From NCBI GenBank assembly GCA_964188305.1, contig OZ076887.1: DNA of 64,000 nt; one strand, given 5' to 3'. The stretch comes from Podarcis bocagei (Eukaryota). A program made the translations under genes and the position numbers. Position 1 is the first letter of the stretch. Each line of letters starts with the position of its first letter. The notes below the pieces were generated by a model, which worked only from the letters and a program-made list of their open reading frames with translations, did no database searches and had not been told where the DNA came from. Positions 1 through 13,552 of the stretch are shown here, piece after piece.

Positions 1-19
1 AGTGTTTCAGCTGGTATAT

Positions 20-583
20 ATTTATACCCCACCCATCTGGCTGGGTTTCCCTAGCCACTCTGGGCTGCTCCCAACAGAATATTAAAAACACTATAAAGCA
101 TCAAACATTAAAAACTTCCCTGAACAGGGCTGCCTACAGATGTCTTAAAGTCAGGTAGTTGTTTATTTCTTTGACATCTGATAGGAGGTGTTCCACAGGG
201 CAGGCGCCACTACTGAGAAGCCCCTCTCCCTGGTTCCATAACCTCACTTCTCACAGTGAGGGAACAGCCAGAAGGCCCTCAGAGCTGAACCTCAGTGCAT
301 AGCTGTCAACGTTTCCCATTTTTTAAGGGAAATTCCCTTATTCCGAATAGGATTCCTCGCAAGAAAAGGGAAAAGTTGACAGCTATGCCTCAGTGTCTGG
401 GCTGAACGATGGGGGTGGAGACGCTCCTTCAGGTATACTGGGCTGAGGCTGTTTAAGGCTTTAAAGGTCAGTGCCCACACTTTGAATTGTGCTCAGAAAT
501 GTACTGGGAGCCAATGTAGGTCTTTCAGGACCAGTGTTATATGGTCTTGGCGGCCACTCCCAGTCACCAGTCTAGCTGCCACA
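20..583 (-). mobile_element. L2-clade LINE 3' fragment, interrupted by a MITE
   Basis: Minus translation AARLVTG..HITLVLKDLHWLPV..QFKV.ALTFKALN..P.YLKERL is typical of the L2 ORF2 C-terminus. Confidence 0.75.
298..387. mobile_element. 90-bp hAT-type MITE (family A, copy 1)
   Basis: TIR catagctgtcaac..gttgacagctatg; perfect 8-bp TSD cctcagtg. Confidence 0.88.
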
Positions 584-635
584 TATATGGCTAGTGGGAG
601 GCACAGAAATTCAATAGACCTGTTTCTTGCTGCAG

Positions 636-746
636 GGGTTGCTGCTAATTGCGCATCTGCCCTTGCTCAGATGGCCGCAGCTTCATGTGTTCAAGAGGAG
701 AAAGAGGAAAAAGAGGTGCAAGAACCCAGTGACACCATAGCTCAAG
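636..746 (+). CDS. ARFGEF3: ARFGEF3 exon (GVAANCASALAQMAAASCVQEEK..)
   Basis: tgcag| acceptor, CAAG|gtacga donor, phase 1-1. Confidence 0.92.
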
Positions 747-3498
747 GTACGACTCATCAAGGGGAACAATGGTTATCATTAGTGATGATATGTATTAAGA
801 TTGTATGTAGTTGGAAGCCTTGTCAAATGTAATTTTCCTGGGCCTGCCTATAACAGGGGTGTCTCCCTTTAGGTCTACTGTAAAGATCAGCAATGGCTGC
901 CTGCCTGCCTGCAGAGAGGCAGAGCCTACCTAGATCTGAAACTGGTTGGGTGGGGTGAAGAATCTCACTGCAGTTCTTGTTTATTGCTCGGTATTACCTG
1001 CTTTTCCTGAGCATAAGCAGCATAGATATCAATGGGGCTTATTCCCAGATAAATTTGTTTTGTATGGCAGCAAAGAACATCCTCAGGGTATCTTCCAGTT
1101 CTATGATTCAGCATGTTTCTATGATTTAAATAAAGTAAGGCGCTAGTAGCTGCATAGGATGTGCAGAAATCAGTTGTTTCAACTATAGTGAACTCTCAAG
1201 CCCTTTCTACACTTTTCTTAAACACTGCCTGAAGAGAGGAGGAGTCAGGATTGGACCCACTCATCCTGCCCAGCCTCTGCGCATTCAGCAAGAGGTGTGA
1301 AGCAGGCTCTCTACGCACAGTTCCCTCTGTGTAGACTCCTCCATGCAATCTGGAAACTTACCCAGTACTGGTTTCCAGTCATACATAAGACTCTTCCCTT
1401 TATACAGCTCCTTTCACACTTCCCACTGAACACGTGCAAGTTTGTTCCAGGGAGCACGATCCATTTTCTTACTCCCATGTATTTAGTGAAGGTAAGAAAA
1501 AATACTAGGGCCTGCATGCAAACCTTGAAAGAAGCTGAAAATGAGTTTGTTTGCTTTTTAAAAGGAAAAAAAACCCCTCTACAATAACAGTTCTCTCCTA
1601 TACAGAAGCCTTTCTTGTGTTAGACGTAACAAGAGATTCTTTATTTCTAACATTTATATTTGTAATGGCACAGTGAAACAGAAGGTGGAGCAAAGACTGG
1701 AACAGATGGGGAAAGTACAAGGGGTCTGCCTCCACACAGCCCACGTTTTGTGCATGGATGCCATTCTTAATGTGGGGCTGGAGATGGGAAGCCACAATCA
1801 AGACTGCTGGCCGCATGTATTTAGGTATGGAATTGGAAACTGTATTCCATCTTCAGTTTGAGGCAGTTTAGGCTAGACTCCAACACAACATTTCTTTGAA
1901 ACTGACAATACACGTTGATTGGCAGGTACCTAGTTTGCTGTTCAGTGTGTTTGGTGTACTTTTTTCGATTCCATAAAAGTAACCAGGCAGTGTGCTTCTA
2001 CTGCAAAAAGAAAATGAAACAGTACTTCCCCCCCATTCAATGGGCAATAACTATTTAGGTAGGAGCTCAATACACATTTGATAGTTTACCGCATACAGGA
2101 CCAACTCAAAGTATGGCTTAGTATGCATGCGCAAGTGTGTAATTTTCCAGAGCAAAGATCATAGTACTTTGCTCCCTCCTGGTCTCTAGTTTATCTTCTG
2201 GTCTATAGTCATCAGTTATGGTGACTCTAGATAATCCAGACAATAATCCTTGTATTATTATGTATCTTATTTCTATATATTCGAGCATTGAAAATTCACT
2301 CTCTGTTATGCAACAGCTGCATCTAAAATGTAAATGTAACTTAAAATGTTTTTAAAAGTCAGTAATGTTGTAAGGAAAGTTTAAGTTTATGACTAGCTAG
2401 TCCAGTGACACCTTGCTTCCAAAAGAGCTTTTCATTTCAGGAGGTTTAAGACTACTGTAGATCATCCTCAAAGAGTAAATGTTGTATGCAGTGGAAAAGA
2501 CCAGTAAGGCCCTCTGTCCTTGTGTTTTGTTTTTTCAGAGTTTGTGAGTACATAAGCACACTGGAACATGCTCATTTCAGTGATGGGACATCTCAGCCAC
2601 CGGTAACTATTACCCAGGGCCAGCAGGCCACAGACGGGCTTCAGGGAGATGTTCAATCTACAGACAGCACCCAGGAACTGACGCTAGATCAAGAGACTGC
2701 ACTGAGGAATAATCCTGTAATCCAGCCGGTTTCCATTCAGGAGCTTATCAAAGAAAGCAGCAAGGGAAGAGCGTTTGATTTCCGTGGGGGCAGTCTGATG
2801 ACTGGAAGCAACGCTGCCAAAGCTATCCTTACCCTCTCCACCCAGGCAGACAGGTATGGTTGGCATCACATTTGACAGTTGCTACATATTCTGAGTTTCT
2901 TCAAGAAACCACCATGGATATGTTACTGTGAATATCTAAAATTTTCAAATGGTGACATTCTAGTGCAATGCTGCCAATACGAGAAAAACGTCAATGAATG
3001 TTGTAAAATATATAGAGCCCCACTAATGGGCATGCAGTTTTTACTTCCCCCAGGTACTTGTGCTGGTTTACTTCCTTTCCCCCTACTTCCACCCCGGGCG
3101 CGTTTGTTTGTATATTTTAAAAGTCAGACTTCATGTCCCCCTAGCGATGCAGCAATAAAACTGCTAGCACAATTGCAAAGCTAAGCAGGTTCCCATTTGG
3201 TTTCAAATTGGATGGGGGACCGTGTGTCGAGATTCCTGCATTGCTGGCCTAGATGACTCTTGGGGCCCTTCCAACTCTACAATTCTATGATTTGGTCAGA
3301 TCAAGTGATATATTCTGCCTTTTTGCCTGAAGGCTATTTGAAGATGCTGTTGACAAGTTGAATCTGATGGCATTGGTGGGTTTCCTGTATCAACTGAAGA
3401 AAGCCTCTCAGTCCCAGCTCTTCCACTCAGTTACAGACACTGTTGATTACTCCTTGGCAATGCCAGGTAAGCCTCTTAAGACACAAACCATAGCATCC

Positions 3499-3538
<40 letters not shown>

Positions 3539-6500
3539 ACCATGTATTCAATTTATATTATCAATTACTCTGCACTGTCTTTTTTGCCCTGGTAGGTGAA
3601 GTAAAATCTACCCAAGACAGGAGAAGTGCACTCCACTTGTTCCGTCTTGGAGGGGCCATGCTCCGAATTGTAAGGAGTAAATGCCGCCCTCTTCTCCATC
3701 TTATGCGCTGCTGGAACGTGGTGGCACCTCACCTAGTGGAGGTGAGAGAATTACAAAGGCTTCTTCCCCGCCCCTGCCCATGCAATTTCTCTGTGTATTG
3801 TAAAAATTGCGAAGGGCAGTCACAATGTTAATTAATGTACTTGAAAAAGAGAATGTACAGGTGAATGAAGCACTAAGAAAGATTATACTCTGGAAATTTG
3901 CAGATTATAGCCATCAGCCTAGCACAGTTCTTAGACAGATCCTCATAAAAACAGCTTTATTCATTTCTTCATGATAGGTTGGCCGTTTGTATGTTTGTTT
4001 GGTTGATTTATGTCTCCCCCCTATCTCATGGGCTCAGAACGACATACAGCCATTTTTCTAAGGGGATCACAGTCTAAGGAAATCAAATAGCTAGGAGAGA
4101 TAAAAAAGGCAAAATAAAATTAAAATGGCATTGTAACATGAAATCTAGCTCAAACAGATTTCCTCATTGTACTTACTGTAGACATTTTTTAATGCTAGGC
4201 CTCGCCCTCCTCCTAAGTAACAGTCCTTGCCAGTTCTTGTCGAAAAGGCATTTTTTGCTTGACTGAAATCCTGCTTTTTACTCCTCTTGTTGCTGCAGGC
4301 TGCCTGCCATAAAGAAAGGCATGTTTCTCGGAAGGCTGTCTCTTTCATCCATGACATCCTAACTGAGGTTCTGACAGACTGGAATGAGCCCCCTCATTTT
4401 CACTTGAATGAGGCCCTCTTCCGCCCCTTTGAGCGTATCATGCAGCTGGAACTCTGTGATGAGGATGTCCAGGACCAGGCAAGCTAAACCTCGTTTACAA
4501 TGGCAACAGCCTACCTTCAACTGCAAGACCACTTTGATTCCTATTATATGCCTAGCAATCACAATCCTTTCAGTTGCTTCTTGGGAATGGGAAATGGCAA
4601 GAGAAGATTCTGTGCAGGGCTTGTTTGTATTTTATACTGGAAAGGATTTAGCAGTGGGAGAATTTCATTTGAAATGTCCATCTTTCAAGTTTCTGAAGCA
4701 GGTGTTGCTGGATTCCAATTCCCATCAGCCCCAGCCAGCATGTCCAATGGTCAGGGGTGATGAGAGGAAAGCCACAGTCTCCTCACCTCTCTTTTAAAGA
4801 GTGTGAGCAATAGCTAGCAACATCACCAAAGTCAGGAAGGGTTTTTAGTTGGATTTCCAGAGCCGGAACGTCAAATTATCATGCGCATCTGAAAAAGAAA
4901 CAAAATGCTCTGTTTAATATGCATAGGATGTTGGCCTCACAATTCAGTGCTTATTTGTGTTGCCATAGTGCGGGTTATTTTTTAAAATTATAATTAGAAA
5001 AATGTTATCAAAAATTGTATTGCTTTCTACTCAAGTCATGTAGGTCTCCTATAAAAAAATAAATAACCTGGTAGCATTATTCGGTTGCGTATATAAAATC
5101 AGAAGTGGCTCACCAGGGGTGGCAGAGTTAGCTTTCCAGCAGGTGGGCCACTGTTGCTTACCAGGAGTGGAAGGGCAGTGGAGAGGTTGACACACTGCAG
5201 ACAACACCCATAGGAGCACCGGAATGGCCCCACCAGTGCATTTACCCGGCTGCAACCTCCCCCAGCTCCTGATAAGCCACAGAGACCCTGCTCCTGGGAA
5301 GCTGCTGTGGTATCTCCACCCCACCTGCTGATCTGCTTCTGCATTTCTCACACAGTATATTCTCTGTGCTGGATTATTTACTTCTGCAATGCTTTGTGTG
5401 CTCTGATTGTGCCAGGTGATCACATCCATAGGCGAGCTGGTGGAGGTGTGCTCAACTCGGATCCAGTCAGGGTGGAGGCCATTGTTCAGCGCACTAGAAA
5501 CTGTGCGCAGCAGCAGCAAGTCGGAGGTTAAGGAATACCTTGTTGGAGAATATTCAATGGGTAAGACTTTTCTACAGTTTTCTAGATACCACTGTTTAGG
5601 CACTGGGTTTTTTAAGGGTCAGTGTTTGAAAGGCAATACAATCCATATAGCAGACTATCCAAAAACATACTGAATAAATGAGTAGATCTGAGTTACTGTG
5701 AAGTTTTTGCATCACAACAGAGTTCTGGAAGGACTTTATGGTGAGTATAACATTTTCCCCACATGTTTAAAAATCATGTCAATATAATTTTTTTCTGTTC
5801 GTTGTAGAAAATGGATGAGCCCCTTTGAACTCACTGGGACTTCCTTCTATGCACATACGATTGTGCTGTCAGTCACTAACCAACATAATTTGATTCTATG
5901 CTTGTCTCAGCAGCTGCATTTAGTAACATGAATGTTTTTATGTTGTAAACCACTTTTGAGATTTTAATAGTAAGCAGTATAAAAGCATCTTCAATAAATT
6001 TTCAAAAATACATATACTAGGTTTGTCTGTATCAACTGTGAGTGAGCACTGAATGCAAGATTTGGTTCAGTGGCCTGATTTGGCTCAAACTGTTTTGGAG
6101 GCTGCTCACTTCATTTCAGGTCTGAATGAGGATCTCACTTTAGGAAAACCACAGCTTGGTTCTCAATGATTTAATACGGATACATACACAGACCCAATTG
6201 CTACATCTGTGCAGTTAGATGAAGGCCAATGTCTCCAGTTGTACAGAAGACTTGTAAAGTGCCTTGTAAACACCAAAATCTGGAAGAGCCATTTTGACTC
6301 TGAAAATTTATTCCCATTTTCCTTGTAGTAAAGCCACTGAATACTGTGGGGCTTGCTTCCAAGCAAATATAGAATTGCATTGCACATTAATTTGAAGCAA
6401 GTTAAAAAATCACGGGCTTTTCCAGGTAATGTGTATCTGTATCAGCTAAACAATTATTCTTGCTCCCTTAGGAAAATGCCAGGCACCTGTGTTTGATGTC

Positions 6501-9500
6501 TTTGAAGCATTTTTAAATACAGACAACATCCAGGTCTTTGCAAATGCAGCCACCAGTTATATCATGTGCCTTATGAAGTTTGTCAAAGGATTGGGTAAGG
6601 AACCTTTTAAATACGGTATATCCATCTGTATGTTTACTTTAGGGTTTGATGTTTGTGGAGACAGATGCAGTTTCCTGAATGTCAACAAAGGCTATGAATG
6701 CATTTTAGAGGTATGAAGTCCTGGGATTTTTGTATGATTTTTGTAGGTATTCTTTCTTTTTTTTAACTGCATTGGCATTTGCCAGGCATCCTCACAGTTG
6801 TGAAAGAGATTCTGTCTACAAAAAGTTAACTGCTCTTTCCTGGTGATGAGGGTGGAGTGGGGAACAGTGTCAAGGAGACCTTCATACAATAATAATAATG
6901 AAAAGCTTAAAGAAGTCTCACAAAGGGCAGGACAGGAGTGATGTCCTGGCGACATTTCTTCCTTATGTTTCTAAGCTAGAAAAGATACTGTGGGGTTTGC
7001 CCCATCTTGCACAATGTAGTTGTTAATGTTATTATTATGAACCAAAGCATTCTCTGCATAGGAGGTCCTCCCACACCTCATGTTAAAGCAGTTGGCAACC
7101 ACTCCTCCTTGTTGCACATTAAGAGAACAAAACTGCACCTGGGGTGCAGGGTCGCTGGGTGCTTCAATGGAAATGAGGCACAACAGGGCCAACTTTGACG
7201 TGATCATTCTGGCCATCTGTATAGAGCATGGAAATATATGACAGGAGGAGTGGGATGGCCCTACAGTAGAATCCATCTGTGCAGGCAGGACTGAACATAC
7301 TATGTCTAACATTTTCACCAAGACATTTCTTCATCCTTCTCCGCAAGTTATTCCTCATAACTGCTGTGTGCATTTTGTGAATCCCTCTGGATTCCATAAT
7401 CACCATACAGGGTCATAGTAATTAAGAGCATTCAGACCAGCATTGTGTTCTGCTTAGACGTTTTCTTTCTTTCATCCCAGGGGAGGCAGATTGCAAGGAG
7501 GTTGGGGATTGTGTACCAGGATCAGGATCCATGTCTACAGACTTGTGCCTTCCTGCTCTTGATTACCTCAGGCGGTGTTCTCAGGTGAGCGCAAGGATGC
7601 TAAAAGCTGCTTGAAATGGCATCCACAAGGGGGTAGAGGCTCCCTGTAGCAGCTCTTTCTTGTGTAAACAGGTTGGTCACTGCAGCATGCAGAAAAGCCC
7701 TGAGCCTCATGGTGAGCCTCTTACAATTTCTCTGGCTGACACACAGCAAATCTTTGAGGTTTCTCGCATTCTGGCAGTGTAGTCTATTTCTCTCTCTTGC
7801 CACAGGGAGCACAGATGATGCAGTTACCAATTTCTGTGCTCTTTCTTCTGCCAGATCAGAAGCCGTGCAAATGTTCAAACACAGTGGCAACAGCTTTTCC
7901 CATCGCTCCTCTTACTGAGGAAACATAGCAAAGTGATTGGGCTATCAACGGCTGCTGGCTTGTCTCTGTTTTGGAAGAGAGAGAGAGAGAGAGAGATCAC
8001 ATGATGGTTGCCTAGATGTGCCTAGAGATCACATGATGGTTGCCTAACACTTGCCTAGAGGCAACTGTTACTCACCGAAGGTTTTAAGGAAAGTGCTTGC
8101 TTACAGAGTTGCCAAGACCGGGTTTGTAAATACAAGGCCAGGAATCTTAGGCTACTTCCATGCTCAGGTTTTGATCAGGTCCTGTGTACAGTAAATCAAC
8201 ATGACCAGCAAATGACAGACACCCTGCATGATAGATATGTGGTTTCTCATGCCCATATGGGAGTGGCTTGATTATATTATCTTTAGCAACCACACACCAC
8301 GTTATCCTTCTGTTTCCTGGGGTTACTCCCACATTTCTGAGTGTAGCATTGAAGCCTGAAAGCAGAAGCCCAGACAAAATCCCTGGGCACACGCACCCTT
8401 TCCTGTTAGAATATCAAACTATTTTAGCCAAATCGTTTTCTGTGTGAATGTTCTACAACATGTAGCTCTGAAACTGTCATGCCAGCACATACTGCGGAGT
8501 AGTCTCATCATTTCTCTCCCTTTTTAGTTGCTTGCCAAAATCTACAAAATGCCCCTGAAGCCTATTTTTCTCAGTGGGAAACTTGCCAACTTACCCCAAA
8601 GAATACAAGAACGATCCGCAAGCAGTGAAGATGGCATTGAGTGTGTCCTTTCTGATTTTGATGATGACACAGGTAAGCAAAATTACTGTTGTGATCCTAA
8701 AGAGGAACGTCCTTAAATAGCACTTACCAAATGGGGCTTGTCCCCATTCACCTGGGGCTCTGGGGGAGCAGCTTTTGCTACAGCCGCAGCCAAGACCCAG
8801 GGGCTGACTTCTTCCTGCACGGCCTGGTATCTTCCCTTCTAGCTTCCTAGGAAGGCCTGCCAAACAGGCCAGTCAGAACCCAGGGGCAGGGGCTGAACTA
8901 GGCCCACCCCTGCTGTATTTAAGAGGGCAGCCTCAGGTAGTCACCTTCTTGGGAGATTGTCACAGGATTCACCACCCACCCACCCAGAGTGTAAGTGGCC
9001 TGCCAGAAGATGAGCGGGCAGGCGAGAGTGAGGACCTTGCTATGCTTTATCCAGTTGGTCCAGGGAGTGTCTCTGTTTGGGAGTCCACACAGGGCTGATG
9101 GACCATAACACCCCTCCCAATGGCAGCCTAAGTGGGATCGTAGCTCCTAATCCATGTCAGGAGTGACCCCCCCCCCCAGACCAAGTTCTGGGTAAGCCCC
9201 ATCCTGTTCATCAAACAGTTGGCAGGTTGCTTAATACTAGATGCATACCCAATGCCTTGGGACAAAACCTACTTGCATCTGTAATGAATGAAAGTTGTGG
9301 CCTATTTCAACCCAATACGAATCTCCTGTGTTTACTTCTATGGTTTGCCTCTTCCCCACGGGAATAATGCACCTGTGACAGCGATGATGTGTGATTTTAC
9401 ATCTTCACCATTCTGTATGCTGTGATCGTACCCTGTTCTGGGAGAGTCAATTCACAGATAGTTCTACCTCAATAATGCAGTCTTCAACAAGACCCTCCCC

Positions 9501-12500
9501 CCCCCAAAAAAGGGTGCAGCCCCCTCACCTACATTCTGTACATTTACACATTTCTATATCTAAATAATTTATAATCCTCCCACCATTCAAAAATATTGTT
9601 GCCATGTACGAAGAGAGAAGTAAAATGAAATGCAAGGCTAGAACAATAAGAATACATTAAAACCATCAGTAAAATCTGACAGGAAGATTGAACCAAGTGA
9701 TCAGCATCTCTCAAGCACTTATAAAAGAAAAATGGAAGAGAAATGGGGCAGGAACTGGGAACCAAGCAAAATTAATTCCACAACCTATGCTACACACAGC
9801 TTCTCACATGCGGTTTTGTTTTGTTTTCCTAGGCCTTATTAATGTCTGGATCATTCTGCTTGAAGAGTTGACTACTGCCATATCCAACTGCCCCCGTCAG
9901 CATCAGCCTCCCACCCTGGATTTGCTCTTTGAACTATTGAGAGATGTTACCAAAACACCTGGTAATTGGTTTGAATTTACTGACTACTACTAAAGTGTAG
10001 GATTCCTACCCCTGGGTCGGAGCAGGGATGGGTGGGCTCATTGAAGTCCATCCCATCCCATCTCCAGGCAGATTTTGAATAGAGAATCCACTTGAACTGC
10101 CTGGAAACAGACAGTTAAAAGTACTACCTGCAAAGTGCTCTGAGGATTGCGCCCTGCCTCTGCTCCCCCGGAATACAAGTTTTTTTTCTTTAAACCTTTC
10201 AAAATGGCACTCACCTGCCTACAGCATGCCCATCTATTGCATGGGGTTCCTTATCGCCACACACCTTGGACGAACTTTGTGCAAGTTCCCCTGGGTGCAG
10301 CAGAGCTCGGTGGCATTCCGTCACTCCCGGGGGAATTATACAGGGAAAAACATGGCTGCCTCCATGACCACTTGATGGCTGTAACATAAGTTGAGTAAAC
10401 AGACTCTCAAAGCTCTGATAGCACTTTTGTATCACCCCAAACACATCTACTTGATTTATTGCTCTTAACATTTTAGAATGGTTATATTTTGTTGCATTGT
10501 AACAAGGACACAGGGAGCTAGGCAATTTCATTTGTGGGGGCAATTTGAGAATGAGTTATTAACAGTTAATGGTCTTTTAGACTTCCTCAACATGAATAAG
10601 AGTTCACTTTTTGAATAATAAGAATTATAGGTCATCGGGGGCGGGGGGAGCCATGCCTGCTATTTATAGATCTGTTAATAAAGTAGCAAACCCACAGGTA
10701 GGGAAATACACAAGTGTATCATAGAGATGCCACCTGAGTGTTGACTTCCATGTTAAATGTGCAGGCATTATACATGGGGCTTTTTTAAAAGGGGAAATTG
10801 TAATATGAGAAGGTGCCAGTAAATTACTAGCATGCCAATTATGAAAGAAGCTATGCAAATGACAGGTGAAGTTCCATATACAGTAAGTGCACAGTTGTCA
10901 GTGAAACCCTCCTTGCAGTGCATCTTTGCTCTCTGGTCAGTCTCAAGGAAGGGAATCCACCATGGGTATATAGGATGCATTGTCCTGAGTTAGCCCTAAG
11001 CATCTGTCTGAAGGCCCAACATATTTATCTGTCTTGTGTTTTTATTCTCTAGGCCCTGGATTTGGTATTTATGCAGTTGTTCACCTTCTGCTCCCTACAA
11101 TGTCCCTTTGGCTTCATCGCAGCCATGGCGACCATTCTTACTGGGATGTGGCATCTGCTAATTTCAAGCATGCAATTGGCCTTTCTTGTGAACTAGTAGT
11201 GGAGCACATTCAGAGTTTCATACATTCAGGTAATTTTATGTAGTCTTATATGTTGCAACCCATTCTAACCATACTCTTGTAGACAAACTTTAGTTTTGGC
11301 ATTAACTATTACAGTGTGATCAAGACCTTTGAAACATGGATGAACTGCTATTGGAAGAGAGAAAAGATTATGGTAGAGTAAAAAAAAAGGTGTAAGCTTT
11401 GCATATATACACTGGAATGTTTATTTCTCCAGTGAAAAGTGAAACGACTCAGCTGTCCTTGCTCTGTTTATATCAGGCTTCCTCAAGCTCGGCCCTCCAG
11501 ATGTTTTTTGAGACTACAATTCCCATCATCCCTGACCACTGGTCCTGCTAGCTAGGGATCATGGGAGTTGTAGGCCAAAAGCATCTGGTTGAGGAAGCCT
11601 GGTTTATATGAAAATTTCAAACACCCATTCACAGTGCATTTAAGAATGGGATTTGATTCCCAAATTAGATTTTGAGCCTCCAGTGCCAACCAAACATTCT
11701 CTCTGACCCCAAACCATCTGTGACTATAAGGTACTCAGCACCATGGGGATCTGCATGGCAAGGAATGCATTGACTAAAGCACAGGCAGATGAGTCAAGGC
11801 AGTGATCCAAACACTACTCTGAAGAGGAAACATGTAACTAAGCATCCTAGCTGAACTGGGGCAAAGGTTTTCCCCCAGTACTAAATGTCACAGCATTATA
11901 GTAAACTGCTTTGAGGGTTGTTGTTGTTGTTTTTTACAATCTAGCGATATATGAATTTTATTAAACAAGATAAATAAGAAAAAATAATACTGTGAAACTG
12001 TTAACGGATCTGAACATCATTGGTAATATCCCACTGCGCAAAGCTAGATCCAGGCCAAGCAAGTAGCTCTAATTATACTGACTAGAGTATTAGCAATATC
12101 CCAGTTTATAGTCAGGTCAAAAGGCAGTATGCATGAAGAAGATGCATTTATTTCTAAAAATGCATTTATTTCTAAAAATTTCTAAAGTGCATTTATTTCT
12201 AAAAATGCAGTAGTTCCTCTGTGTTGTAATTCTATTACATTATGGTTAATATCAAAGCCAACAGCCTAATTTCCTCTTTAGATATTGGCTATGAGAATAT
12301 GATCAACACAATGCTCAGAGACCTCTTCAAATTACTAGTAGCTTGTGTCGCAGAACCCACAGAATCCATCTCTAGAGTTGGGTGCTCCTGTATCAGGTAA
12401 TATGGCTTTCATTTCTATATTCATTTTACACATAGGCCCAGTTTGCACTTAACACTAAACCTCACAGGTCCTTTTTTTGGGGGGGGCACACAATTAGACA

Positions 12501-13520
12501 TGAAATACTAATGTGAAAGTTAAAATTACCTCTAGTTAAAGAAGGTATGGGTTCTAAAGGCTTCTGCAGAAAATGTCAGAAAATTATTCTTTGCCAACTC
12601 AAAGTTCAGACTTTGAAAGCACCTGTCCACCCAGTAACTCTGTGGCTTTGAAAGCAGTTTGCATCACATCCCTTCATACTTGAAATATTGGGAGAAATAC
12701 ATTGGTTACACCTTCAAACCTTACACAGGAAGTGCAAACAGAGCACGTTCAAGTGATGTTCCAAGGTGCCTTGATCTAAGCTTATGTATTGGGCTTCACT
12801 TGGCTCTTCATAGATCTACATCAATAAGAAAAGCCGTTTTGGCTTTTGAGCTAATCCCAGTTTTGCAATCATGTTGTGAAATGGTTATTGGCTGGTTATC
12901 AGCTTCATGGTCTTTTCCCTTATCTATAGATATGTTCTAGTGACAGCTGGTCCTGTTTTTACAGAAGAAATGTGGAGGCTGGCATGCTGTGCGCTGCAGG
13001 ATGCCTTCTCAGCAACTCTTGAACCAGTGAAGGTATCCCTTGCATTTAACCGGGTGCTGCAAGCATCTCTGCTAATATGCAGCTACTATTTTCTTAGACT
13101 GTTGCTCTCATCTATGATTACGTAGATAGCACCTTGGAGGGTGGGGAGCGTTGGTTGCTTGAACTAACATCTCTGTGTGGATGATGTATAAGCAGCCAGC
13201 AAGATTTCTGCAATGACAGCACTTTGGGAAAGCGTCTCAACCATCACAGATGGCTTGATGGCTTATGGTCTCTACTCATATGGGAAAAAAACACAACATC
13301 TCTGCATAAACTCAGGCAGGAGCTTGAAGTTAGCTCCACACACACTTAAGGCGATCAAATAAATGGGGTACAACCTGTGCACGACCCAGTCTAGTGGGCA
13401 CTTCCAGACTGTCACTAGTGAGCTCTTTAGAAAAATAACACACAAGTGAGCTTTATTAAAAAAAATAAGTTGAAAGAACATGATGATGAAAGTACATCAG
13501 GTTCATCAATTAGGTATGTC

Positions 13521-13552
<32 letters not shown>

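Noticed and set aside
5049-5603. 184-aa minus-strand ORF
   Set aside because: Antisense to an ARFGEF3 exon plus GC-rich intronic sequence.
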